From positions 1,054,001 through 1,118,000 of the forward strand of contig JAYWIR010000045.1 of NCBI GenBank assembly GCA_036172245.1: a stretch of DNA of 64,000 bases, read 5' to 3'. Under the pieces are notes generated by a model, which did no database searches, was not told where the DNA came from, and saw only the letters and a list, made by a program, of their open reading frames with translations. Positions 40,601-51,739 of the stretch are shown here, piece after piece (position 1 is the stretch's first letter; every line of letters begins with the position of its first letter). This stretch comes from Raillietiella orientalis (lineage: Eukaryota). The position numbers were made by a program, and so were the translations under genes.

Positions 40601-41289
40601 TCATCTTAGACACCTGGACCTCGTAGGTTTAGAAATAGCATAAATAGCCCCCGTTCTAAATCGTCGCGTGTTCTTGCAACTCTGTTTTGCGTGCATGAGC
40701 TCAGGAAGCAGGACGCCTCGATCGACTAGATCAAGAAGGCGCCTTGCGGACGATGGGTGATCCTGATTTTCTATCAAGGGACATCCTGGATGGAGGCTTC
40801 GTTGAGACCTGGTCTCGCCCTGAGCAAGGGAATCGAGTCATCATATTGGATGCGTGCTCTGCCAATTCAAAGGCACAACGTCAGCATTCAGTAAGACAAG
40901 AAAAAGAAAAGGAAAGTTCAGGAACCACGAGCTTTCCCTTTCACTCTCAGCAACCCGAGCATGTTTCATGTCGTCGCCGCCGGTTCGTTGGGATATCCAG
41001 AACGACTGCAAAGTCCTGCAAAGGCCGCGAATCCCGAAAGTGCATGCAAAGCTCAGCTTTGCTTGTTGATTGGCAGATGGATCACATGGAATAAAGGGTC
41101 TGGAATCTTTACATTCCTCACCATCTCACATCCCCCTCACCTTGTTCTGTCCACGTGAGATTACTGCATCATTTCCAAGAATCTTCCTTCGAAATCCTAA
41201 TCAGCTGGTAGCAATTCTTCTTGGGCATTGGCGTTCTCGGCGACTTTTTCATCGGAAGACTGGGTATGCAAGATCTCTCAGCTACGACT

Positions 41290-41930
41290 CATTCTGTCGA
41301 GCCGTAGTTGAGATCTTCAGCTCCTGCAGCACCTCTTCATCCGGTCTGTCTCAGGAGCCGAGGGAGTCAACTATTAGGGAGTCACCTGAGCATCCATGGG
41401 TCGACGGGAACAGAGAGGTCTTTGCATTTAGCCACTTCTGATGGTGTTGGGAGTGCTCTCGAAAGGGCATACAATGTCCAGGATGACTATTCTTCTCCCC
41501 TTACTCGGCAACGGATTCAGACGAAGATGAGAATCCACTCCAACCTCAGTCATCTGCACTCGATAACCTAGCAAATCTCAGCCAAGTTTGTCAAAACGAT
41601 TCCGCATCCGCCACATGGCGAATCATCTCTTCTGCATCACCTTGCGATGCGGCTCAGACAACAAGACTTCGAGACTCTCTCAATCACTTCCAGCTTTTCC
41701 TGAGGAAGGAGTCCTAGGTTCGAACAAGTGGACAAGAGATCACGCGTTTCTCTTGACAGAGACATGCAGGGAGCGCGAGCCATGTGTTGACCCACAAGCA
41801 GAGCACCTTTTCCCCTGACCGGAGTCCAGAGAGATGCCCATACGCCTCCATGCGAGTCGCACTGCGAAACGATAGTGCACGTGACTGCGGATGTGTGCTA
41901 CAAAAGGCTCTCTTCGAAAGCTCTTTGCAA
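41290..41930 (-). mobile_element. Remnant of a restriction-like-endonuclease (REL) non-LTR retrotransposon, NeSL/Utopia/R2-type C-terminus
   Basis: In order on the minus strand: KRCSACG...SLHV (CCHC, ~41780-41810); DSHLRLN...KGRRIVILDIVCPFE (~LRPD...IIDVxxPFE, 41460-41540); LIVDSLGS*DRPDEEVLQELKI (~IVGSLGSWDxxNExVLxxLxI, 41310-41380). Confidence 0.75.
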
Positions 41931-42779
41931 GCAGTGAAAGAATATTTATTTAATCTTTTTTTTTTTGGAGCAACCAATGCTGATGACACATCCAAAGAAA
42001 GGAATGAATAAGGAGGAAAGGAGAAGGAGGAAGAAGAGAATAAATTTCGAAGATACTCGAAGGACTCATTGATCAAGATGGCATTTGATGGAAAGCGTGC
42101 TTTTACTCCTGCACCCAGCGTGGGATCAGCCCTAGCGGCGCATGGTAGGGGCACCCGGAAATGCTGTCCCTGCTTTGGGCGTTGTCTCCAGCGAGCGTTC
42201 TCGAGGAGTGCGAAGCGGGGTTGAGATTCTTGTGGACACTCCCGGACGAGTCAGCGGACCGAAAACCGAAGTGCCTTGCTCTCTCCCGCTGAGTTCTCCG
42301 GTGAATTGGTTTGATGAATTTGGGATAATTCCAGCTTCCGGTCTTGATGCAAACAGCGATCCCTCTTCAGCGAGGAAGGAGCGAGATAAATGTACTGCCG
42401 ACAAGCCGGATACACGCAAATTGATTGTCGTTTGCGCGATTGATGGTATCTTTGTCCCAGTATTATTATCGATCTTACTCATACGGAGTAATCGGATGCT
42501 GCGTCGGGTTTGGACCGACGATGCTGTCCCCGGAATTTTCCCCTCGAGTTTCCAGGCCATCCAGGCCATTGCAAAAGGCGCAGGGAAATGCGTGAGTGCA
42601 TCGCCATTCTGCGCCATCTCGAAGCTTAAAGTGCACGACGCAGGATGATTTTTGCGCCGTAACCATGGGCGTTCAGCAGCGTTCCAAACTTTCTCGTTTC
42701 TGGAGGTCTTTCGAATTTAATGTACGGCGCGTGTGAACTCGACGGCGGTACCCGGAGAGATTACGCGCGGGTGTATCAG

Positions 42780-43090
42780 AAGTGCAGCTGGACGCTCAAT
42801 AGGGAGGTGCTTTTCCCCGTCTGCCCTCCAGGAAGTTGTTTATGGCGCTCCTGGATGGCAAGCTGCAGGGGAATAAAGGCTCCCGGCTCTCGGTGAGAAT
42901 GGACGAACAGCCCCCTTCTCTGGAAGAGGTAACCCCGGCAGTCCTCCTTCCTCCTGGCATCCCAACGGTCTCGGAGCGCGCTTGGACGGACGGCAAACCC
43001 ATGGGACGCTTCTCCTCCTCGCTTCCCGCTGAATACACTGCCGACCGCAGGGCGTGCGCCCGTAAACCTTCGGTGACCCTTCCCTTGTCC
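42780..43090 (-). mobile_element. APE-endonuclease remnant
   Basis: LRDRW...GYLFQR resembles LxDxW...YTF. Confidence 0.3.
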
Positions 43091-43099
43091 TCCATTTCG

Positions 43100-44100
43100 T
43101 TTCTTACCCTGTTGCTCCGGGACGTTTACTTGAAAAGAATTAACCATCTGGTAACAAAGTTCCCAAGCAAAGAGACGAGAAGTTCAAGGGGAGGGCTCCC
43201 CAACACACAGGTCCATACTGAAAGTCCAGAACGGAAGGGAGGGGACAATAAATAAAAAAAAAAAAGAAGATATGAGGGAAGGGGATCGGGGTCTTAGGCT
43301 TCGGTCGTTCCTTCTTCTCAGAACCGGTGCTGAATTCCGGAGATCTCCTTCCTGACTTCTTCGCTGATGTGAGGCCACCTGCAGCCATCTTCATGTTGTA
43401 GGCTGCAGTCCTGGTGACCTCTGTTGAGATTGCTCTCGATTCCAACAGGCGGCGGGCCGTGGCGATGGCGCGGATGCACAGGTCGTTGCGATGACCGCAC
43501 CTAGCGAGAGTCTGCCGCGTGTGAAGAAGCGGCGCATAATGGCGATGTCCCCCTGGTGCAGGAGCGCTGAAGGCAGCCTCCACCACAGTCCTTCAAGGGC
43601 ACCGCAGTCGAAGAGCAGGTGCGGGAGCGATTCCACATTTCCCCGCATCTTCTACAGTCCGGGTACGCAACTCCACCCGGAAAACAGGTGCGCGCGCTGA
43701 TTGCAACGGAAACCCCAATGCAACAGCAGAAGCGCGTCCTGTGTCCACCTAAGGGGAAACACAGATATGCCCACGCGTGAGGGAGGGAACCACAAGTTCT
43801 CGGGGGCACACTCATGAGTTCGCACCACCAAAGGAGTCCCTTATCTGCGAGGAGTGCAGCGTCTGCCAGCTCGCTCGTCTTCCAGCCGTTCATGGGTCTC
43901 GTTGCCTTCCATTTCGGGGAGGAACTGCCGGTCCCACACATTGCCAGAGCTCCTCGTGCTAGCCCGACCTTCCCGTGCAATCCCGGGCTCTCGGTTCTCA
44001 GGTGCCTGCGATTCCGAAGGATTCCTGCTGTTCCTGTGTGGTTCGGGAGTCTTGCCGTCCTCGGCACCTAGAGAATCCGATTCTCGCGTCCGCGTCGGTA
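43100..44100 (-). mobile_element. Subfamily A LINE 3' portion
   Basis: WKTSELADAA...KGLLWW; LLLHWGFRCNQRAHL; CRRCG plus ESLPHLLFDC (frameshifted); KKERPKP; terminal motif variant AGTAAACGTCCCGGAGCAACAGGG at 43107-43130. Confidence 0.8.
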
Positions 44101-44749
44101 GGGACCTCAACTCGCTTTTGTCGTCAAGAAAACGGACGGTTCCCGACGAGCCCCTGCGTGTTCCTTCCTCCACCTCGCCAGAGCTCTCGCGGTTCCCCGG
44201 ACAGCACTCTGCACTCGCTGATGATGATCCTCCGGAAGCGAATTCCCTTTTCCCAGAAGCTACCCTCCGGGAAGCTTTCCGGATGGGACATCCCGCCCTT
44301 TCCTTCCAACGAGACGATCGATGCTTCCCTCAGCCGATTTCGAGGATAAACATAGAGAACGTCTCCCCTTTCTCAGTCTGAATAAATTTCTCAGCTTCAG
44401 AGTTTCATCCCTCAGCCTAGTGGACTACCTGTTCTGGACATCGCGGATTCTTCTTTGGAGAGCGGAAAGGAAGGGGGGGAAAATGGGGGGTTTGATAGTT
44501 GACGAAGGCAGATGATAACAGTTTGACGTGGTGGGCACCCGTTCCCAACTTTGAACACTGCCGGAAGATACCAGGACAACTCTTCCGCGAAAGCCGGAAC
44601 GGCAGGCCACCAGGATCCTCCAGAAGAGGGAGGGCTACTCCGAACAGCTTGGGGACAGCTCCAGAGATCATTCCTGCCATAACTTCCGACCGGAGGACTC
44701 TCTTCTCCCGAACTCTCTCTCTTCTCCGTTTCGAAGGGTCCTAGAGATG

Positions 44750-45450
44750 TCCCCGAGTGTGGCAGCGCGCCGAGCGAGGGGAGCAGCAAGCTCTCTAAGC
44801 AACCCGCCCATCTCCCAAAGGCAGTTGGACCTAGAGGAGTGGAGTCCGAACTGCAGCAGGTGCGGGGAAAGGGAGTCCTTTCCGCACCTGCTTGTGGGTT
44901 GTGTCGCCCTCTACCCCCTGTGGGAACGCTTTGTCGCGTCCCTGCGGAACACCAAGGGCAACTCCAGAGACGTTTTGAAGCGCTTCTTCCTGCGCGACGC
45001 TCTCACGCTGGCCACATCCCTAGCAGCACTGTACTGCCACGCGGCAGGTCTGTGGCAGTGTGAAGCAACGCAAGAGGAGGAGTCCAGGACGATAGGGATG
45101 CCATCTATTTTCTGGTTCTCTTCATGAGGATAGCGTCAAGATAACCCCATCTGGAAACCTTAAAACAGAAACTTGCCGGCATTCTGCAAAGAATGCAAAG
45201 GTTCCCTCCAGTACCCAGTGATCCCTTCCCGAACCCTCCTAATTTTTTTCATATATGTTTATTTTGCTTTATTTTTGTTTTTTGTTTGTCTCCCTCCTTT
45301 TCTGCTACTGTGGAGAACCTCGCTGGCCTGCTCGTCGGTTCTCGGCAAGTTCCTTGTAGTAGATTTAGAATATAGCAGGACCAAGCGTCCTGCCACTGAC
45401 CTACATGTTTATTTTTTTTATAAATAAACGCTCCGGCGCAACCGGGTGTC
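44750..45450 (+). mobile_element. Subfamily B LINE 3' end
   Basis: ORF 44747-45127 contains CSRCGERESFPHLLVGC...LWERF...VLKRFF. The 3'UTR is homologous to 34160-34490. Terminal motif at 45423-45446. Confidence 0.85.
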
Positions 45451-46189
45451 ATCCCAAAGGCAGTCTGATACAGCGACCACCAGGTGGATGGCAGATCGAT
45501 GTCAAGCAAGTAAGAGTAGATTTTATTCTGATTCGAGACAACGGGTGCGAACGCGTATCCGAGGGGAGAAAGTGATCCTTTCACTTGAGAGCGAAGATGG
45601 GGGCTTCTGAGTGCAAATGCTACCGCGCCTTCTTCTTCCCACTTCGTGGTCCCTTCCGAGAGAGGGAAGGGCGCTCCGTTCCAGGATCGCCTTCTCTGCT
45701 CAGAGTTCGTCTCGGAAGCAGCGCTCCATAGTCGGAGGACAGCTTTTTTCCAAAACTCTCTGATCAGGTTCGCGGAGCAGCATCCGTATCACTGAAGGTC
45801 AAGCCTGCAGGAAGGAAAGAGACTCCAGTGTCATTTATCCCTCGACCTCAGGATGAGAAGTTCCGAAGCATTGCATAAGATGCGCGTTCTTCTCCAGGTC
45901 AGGGTACAGTATATAGTGGTCCTCTTCCTCTATGCAGTCCACGCTGTTCCATCACTCGCTGGCTGGTGGGCATCCCGTTCGTGCACGGGAGCAACGCTCC
46001 GCTCCTCCCGAACCGAGGGTTGGTAGGTCACTCGCCGCTATAGATGTGGTAAAACCTACTCCTTTCAGGTCCCAGATGGAAGATATGACCTCGTTTGGGG
46101 GGGTTGGTCTTCGGAAGACGCGGTCCTCCTCTTCCTCTACGAGAGCCGGAGGAGAGGATGAGGTTATGGGAGCCGAGCAAACATGAAAC

Positions 46190-46495
46190 AGCGCAGGGAC
46201 CGGACGGGAAGGGAGAGGCAGGGGAAGGAAACTGACGGGCGGTTCCGGGTCGATCCAGAGGGATCGGCATGGTGATATGCTTCCAGTCGAAGCGGACGAA
46301 AGGGAGCACGACTCTCAGGGCATCTCTCCACCCTCGGTACGTTTCCTGTCCATGAGTCTCTCGCCATCTGCGTGCTCAGTCGGCCCGCCTTGCATGGCGC
46401 TCTCCTGCCGGCGTCTGTTGATCCGCATCTTGACTTCCATGGCACGACCGTGGGTCCCCGTTCTTCATCTTCCGAAAAAATTCTTTGCTCCTGGG
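46190..46495 (-). mobile_element. Possible C-terminal fragment of a third LINE family
   Basis: The frame ends ...WRDALRVVLPFVRFDWKHITMPIPLDRPG and is followed by a pyrimidine-rich tail. No catalytic motif. Confidence 0.25.
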
Positions 46496-46502
46496 TGGCT
46501 TC

Positions 46503-47900
46503 ATCACCCGGTCATGCCGGAGCTTTTATTATAAAAAATAAACATACCTGCGTAGGGTCATCGGCCCTACATTGTCCGAAAATACTCGGAACCTGCCGAG
46601 TACCTAACACGCAAGCCGGAGAGGTTCGCCTCGGCAGCGAAGGGGGAAGGGGCAAACAAAAATAAAATAAAAGCACTATATACAAAAAAAAGGGAGGCAT
46701 TCGGGAAGGGACCACTAGGAGCTGGAGGGTGTCCACTGCATCATTTCCAGGATGCCGGCAAACTCCTTTTGAGTATGCCCCAGAGGGAGCCATCTTGCTG
46801 CTGTCCTCAGGAAGCGCAGGGAGGATCAGATGGCGTTCCTATTGCGCCGTTCTCCTCTTGAGTAGTTTTAGGCTGCCACAATCCTGAGTAGGCAGCAGCA
46901 AAAAGCTGCTGGGGATGCGGCAGGCGAAAGAACATCGCACACGAAGAGGCGACCCTGGGATTGTCCGTCGGTGCAGCAAGGGCCGTTGCGAAACGCAACC
47001 ACAGGGGCCGGATGGCAGCACAGTCTGCAAGCACGTGCGGGAGGGATTCCCGTTCCGCGCACCTGCAACAGTTGGGGTCCACAGCTCCCCTGGTTCAGAA
47101 AGACCGGTGGGCGTTGCATGGGAGACCCCAGTGAAACAGCAGAAGTGTCGATCCCTTTCACTATTCAGGGGGAGTGCCCGGTTGTTCTTCAGCGCTGGGG
47201 GCCATTCGAGGCTTTCTGTTGGATTTCCAGGAGCTCGCTCCAGCTCAACAGTCCCTTCGGTGAAGCACTTGGGGTTGCAGCGTCCGTTAGCTGGCGCGTG
47301 GTCCAACCACCTAATTCCTTCCTTCCCGGAATTTCACATTGGATCTCCCATTTGTCCAGATGATTACGGTCCAAGTGCTCTCTGAGGGAGGATAGTGCCT
47401 CAACTATGGAGGTTCTTTGTGCCCACGCACACTGGTGGGCTTCACGATGACGTCCTGCAGCGAGCGGTTGCTCTAAAAGGAGTGCAGCAGTCGCTGACGC
47501 ATCTCCAGGCTCGCTTCGTTGTTCTTGGCCCATGTGCAGACGTTTCCTGCAACCAGACACTACCGTTCGCAGGCCGGCAGAAGATCCAGTTGTTGGTCCT
47601 GGTCAGCGTGGCCACTCGCCGGAGTTTCAGTTCTCAGCGGGACACTTTGCGTCTGCGCCGCCGCGCCAGGAACGAAGACAGTGCCACGTAACCGGCGACT
47701 GGCTCGACCAGATATCGTGCGGGCTCGTGCCAGTTCATGCTCCAAAGATTCGCCACTAGGGTAAGCATTCTCCACTGGAGCTGCCACTCCTGGCGCTCCA
47801 GCGTCAGGAGACCGAGGCCTCCGTCACGACGCGGAGCGCACAAGCTCTTCAGGCGGACTCGGGTTCAACGGGAGTTTGCTCTGGGTGGGTGGAAGTCTCG
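46503..47900 (-). mobile_element. Subfamily B LINE, 5'-truncated
   Basis: LCAPRRDGGLGLLTLERQEWQLQWR; KELGGWTTRQLTDAATP...KGLLSW; CCRCAERESLPHVLADC; terminal motif at 46507-46530. Confidence 0.85.
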
Positions 47901-48269
47901 CCGTTCTCTCCTTCCCCAGAATGGGTCGCGCCAGTCGACTGACGCGGACCAGCAGGCCCACCATGGGAAGACCGGTAGAGAAGAAGGAGAGCTCTCCCTT
48001 CCTCCTGAGAGGTGCAGAGAACCACGGCCACTCGTCACTCCTACCGGGAGAGGGTTCCAGAGTTTTGCTCCGAGAGAAGCGCTCGGCGAGACTTTCGCGC
48101 TTTCCAGGAACCAGAGAGAGCGCGCCGCCTTGGCACGGCATCCTCTTCATCTCTCGACCGCTCGCGACATCGGAAGAACGGAGAAAGGGTAGGCTCTGCA
48201 TCACAAGCAGGCACCTAAGGGTGCGGTCCAGACCTTCCCCTGGACACGCCGAAGCGTTTGCTGGAAGAT

Positions 48270-48480
48270 CAATAAACAAAAGGCTGGGAAAATAGAAGCT
48301 CCCGAAACGAGAAAGGAAAAAACAGTCCCAAGAGGAGGGTCCGCCGATGCTCAGGTCGGTTGCCGGCGCAGTTAGGGGCGGGAGAGAAGGGACAGCCAAT
48401 AAAAAAGTAGAAAGAAGAGCATAAGGACAGGGGGGTCACTGGTTTCGGCCGTTCCTTCTTCCTGGAACCAAGACTGGATG
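48270..48480 (-). mobile_element. Short subfamily A ORF-end/3'UTR fragment
   Basis: KKERPKPVTP followed by a T-rich UTR, as at 43250-43320. Confidence 0.55.
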
Positions 48481-48489
48481 ACACCGATC

Positions 48490-49072
48490 TCCCTCTTCCA
48501 ACAAGAAGAGGACACCGTCCGTAACCCGATGCGGCGATCCTTCGCGCGTGGCCGACTCTCGGCTGGCTCAGCGATCTCGACGGCATGTTGCTTGAGCGCC
48601 GTCGTCATGGCCCGTCGTGTCTCGCAGACACGGGAGCAGCGAAGGGGTCACCCGCGTGGAGGAGGCCGCCTTCGTGATGACGGCTGCGAGGTGTCCCCAC
48701 CTCGAAGAAGAGGACAAAATGGAGATCCATGGCCATCCAGCGCCGCTTCTAAAAGGAAGGAACGGCCGAAACTGGGAAACCCCTGTCCCCACCCTCCCTT
48801 TATTTATTTTTTGTCCCCTTCCACCCATTCTGGGCTTTTCACGGTTTTTGTTTTTTTCTCTAGAAGGAACGGTGCAAACCCAAAACCTGCGTGCCTACCT
48901 CCACCATTTCGTCTGCTGTTTCCTCTCTCCCGTTCCCTATTTTAAGATGTTCTGATCTGCGCGTCGGTGGGTCTCCTTTTGAACTTTTTTTGTTTCTTCG
49001 GCCGGGAACTGCGTGTTCCCAACCGGTTACTTTTTGTTAAGTAAACACCCCAGTATGACCGGGCGAGAAACT
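48490..49072 (+). mobile_element. Subfamily A LINE 3' end
   Basis: MRRSFARG...ISTACCLSAVVMARRV...GGRLRDDGCEV...KERPK. Terminal motif variant AGTAAACACCCCAGTATGACCGGG at 49040-49063. Confidence 0.8.
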
Positions 49073-49079
49073 TCCTCTT

Positions 49080-49960
49080 CCAGGCAAGGCCACCTCCTAG
49101 CCGTCATCACGTGGGGGCGAAGGGGGGGCGCCATACGAGTGGCCGCCCTCCACTGCGTCTGGCGTCTGCAGGATGTGGCGGGCCGTGACGATGGAGGGCG
49201 CGATGCGGGGAAGAGGGTCAGGGAAACGAATGCTTTTCTGAGATGTAGCGCAGTTCCTCACCCGGCCACACGGGGAAGTTTATTTAAAGATAAATAAATA
49301 AACAGGCAGGTTGAGGAAAAGACAGCTCTTGAAGCGAAGAAAGAAAAGAAAATTCCAAGGAAAAGGTCACTCAGACTGGTCACTGCGACAGTCACGAGCG
49401 AGAAGGAATAAGTGAATAAATAGATGAAGAGAGAGTGGGGATAAGGGTCCTTGGCTCCTCACCGGAGCCCAGAATTCTGGCGATCTCCGTCTTTACTTTT
49501 CATCCAGGCGAAGTCACCTCGTAGCCGCTCTCATGTAGGGCGGCTGCCGTGCGAGCGACCTCCCTTCGCCAAGGATTGGCCCTACGTCGTCATCTTTCGG
49601 TCCCTCCCTCGTTCTGTCCCCAGTGCGGTTTGGTCTCAAGGCCGCGTTTTCCAGGTTCTTCATTGTCGTGAGTTTCCATTCATTTATTTACCGGAGACAC
49701 GTGACTCTACATGACTACCTACGAGGATGAAACCCCGGAAAAATTTGCGCGGTTCATCCGGAGACGTGAGGAGCACACGGGACGTCGAAAAGGCGAGCAG
49801 CCAGTCGACTAGAGTCTCCCTGGCTCCCGGACAGACGGCGAATCCCAGCTGACAGCCGGAGGCATCACGCTGGATAGGGTCATGAGGAAAGGAACCGCTT
49901 CCAGGCAGAGAGCGCAATCCTGCGCTGAAAGGTGCGGGAAACTCTTGTTCGAAAGCACCC
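49080..49960 (-). mobile_element. Cluster of subfamily A fragments (49080-49200; 49252-49620 with a terminal motif; ~49780-49960 with a CCHC remnant)
   Basis: IVTARHIL...RDDG*EV; AKGGRSHGSR; KSFPHL...DC. Terminal motif at 49261-49284. Confidence 0.6.
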
Positions 49961-50524
49961 GGACCAATGGAAAACCCTGCCCTGAGAGGAGCTGCATCGC
50001 GCATCAATTCATGACCCATTTTCCGAAAGCTACGATCGGTTCCGAAATCACGGCTGCACGTGCTGCTCGGCTGAACCCGGTGGGCACAGCGAAGAGCGTC
50101 CAGAAAAGGCGGCGGCTAAGGCCGAGGATGCTGCGGATGTCATGGCGCGTCGCGAGAGCCACTGCCAGCAGCCGTTCGGGTCGATCCGCACGACACGAGG
50201 CGATGGCCAGCTGCGCGTCGCTAAGGAGGACGTGAAGGGTGGGGAGCCGAGGGCAGAGGACTCCAGACGTCGACTCTCAGCTGTGTCACGATCTTCTACC
50301 GTGAAGTGTTCGGACTTGATCCCAGACGCAGGGCGGCACCTTCCGAGGACAGTCCGGGAGCATCTGGGCTGGACAGAGGAAGCAAGGAGAGCAATGCCGT
50401 GGCGCCGCTATCCGGAAGTCCTCCGAGGGGCACGCTGACATTAGTGCGCGCGTGCAACCCTCGTGAGATCGCTAGGGTCGTGGGGTCCAGCCAACGATAA
50501 GATGTGCCAAAATCCCTCGACAAT

Positions 50525-51330
50525 GACCCCGCCGATATGCAACCTCGATTGCTCGACCTCGTGGACTTTTGTGCTGGGGCGTACTCCTGGGTATTCCGGA
50601 GGCAGACCTGCAGTGGCCCCCAACTCTCATGAACACCCGCACCCTCCCCTCAAAGTGGCAGGAGTCGGCACTGATGCTGCTGCTCGGGGTCCTCTCGTGC
50701 AGCGCCCGCCGGCATCATTGGACACGGAGGGAAGGGGTGGACCCGAACTGTGCAAGGTAAGGGGAGCGAGAAGCCCTCCCGCACCTGCTTGTGGGATTGC
50801 GTTGCTCTCCGCTCCCTTTGGGGAGCTTTGCCGCGGCCCTTGAAACCCCCGGCGGCAACGCCAGAGACCTTTGAAAGCGCGGCGCCCTCACGCCGGCCGC
50901 AGCCTCAGCAGCACTGCGCTGCCCACGCGGCGGGACCGTGGCTCCATGGAGCAATGCCAGAGGAGGCAACAACAACAGGGACGCCACCTATTTTGCTGTC
51001 CTCTTCATGAGGACGGCGTCAAGATGTCCCCATCCGGGAGTCTTGAAACAGGAACTTGCCGGCATCCTTGCAAGGATGCAAAGGACACTCTCCAGAACAC
51101 AGTGATTTCCTTCCCGAACCCCCCCATTCTTCGACTGCATATTTTTTGTTTTATTCTTTTCTTTTTGTTTGTCTCCCCTTACCCTGCTGCCGAGGCGAAC
51201 CCCGCTGGCCTGCGTGCCAGTTCCCGCCAACTTTCTTCTCGTATTTATAATTTACGTGACAGGATCAAACGTGCTGCCACAGACTGCCCTGTTTATTTTA
51301 TAAATAAACGCCCCGACGTGACCGGGTACC
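50525..51330 (+). mobile_element. Subfamily B LINE 3' end; near-identical to 33751-34490
   Basis: Direct sequence identity at an offset of 16,840. Terminal motif at 51303-51326. Confidence 0.85.
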
Positions 51331-51479
51331 AACCAGTGCCGCACTCGAATCCCATGGACCAACCAGCGTCATCTTGCGAGGAGAAAAATACCATTTCTTG
51401 GCGTCGATCCTCCACGTAAGGATTCGAACTTGCATCGCCTGGTACCACGCGCGGAGACCGCGGTCACACGGTTTCCAAC
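51327..51479 (-). mobile_element. 5' head of the tRNA-derived SINE (copy 4), fused to the LINE 3' end
   Basis: Duplicate of 34487-34639. B-box at 51420-51429. Confidence 0.75.
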
Positions 51480-51739
51480 GCGGGCCGACATAAGGGATGT
51501 CTTCAAGATCAAGCGAGGATGTTGTCAAGCACTGACAAATGCTCTCAACATCAAGCAAGTTCAGTAACACTTTCCCACATGCGGGGAAGTTCAGCGATCC
51601 GCTCCCCTCGCCTTGCGCTCCCTGCTCCTGGAAAAAAACAGCCATCGAAAACGGACAAGCAAGATCGATGCTGCTCAGAGCCCGAATTTTCTAGAACCCG
51701 GATTCCATTGTTCCCACGTGATGAAACTTCAGAGGGCGC

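Noticed and set aside
35000..41200. Host gene or pseudogene exons (e.g. a splice-bounded segment at ~36500-36622, minus strand)
   Set aside because: Only isolated splice-like sites, with no coherent frame or recognisable product.
42132..42666. N-terminal zinc-finger/Myb region of the REL element (FPCAFC; IPGTASSVQTRR)
   Set aside because: The similarity is too weak, and no RT domain lies between it and the REL remnant.
48270..49070. Twin-priming inversion at the head-to-head junction near 48485
   Set aside because: Both arms contain their own diverged KERPK/3'UTR segment rather than complementary parts of one element.
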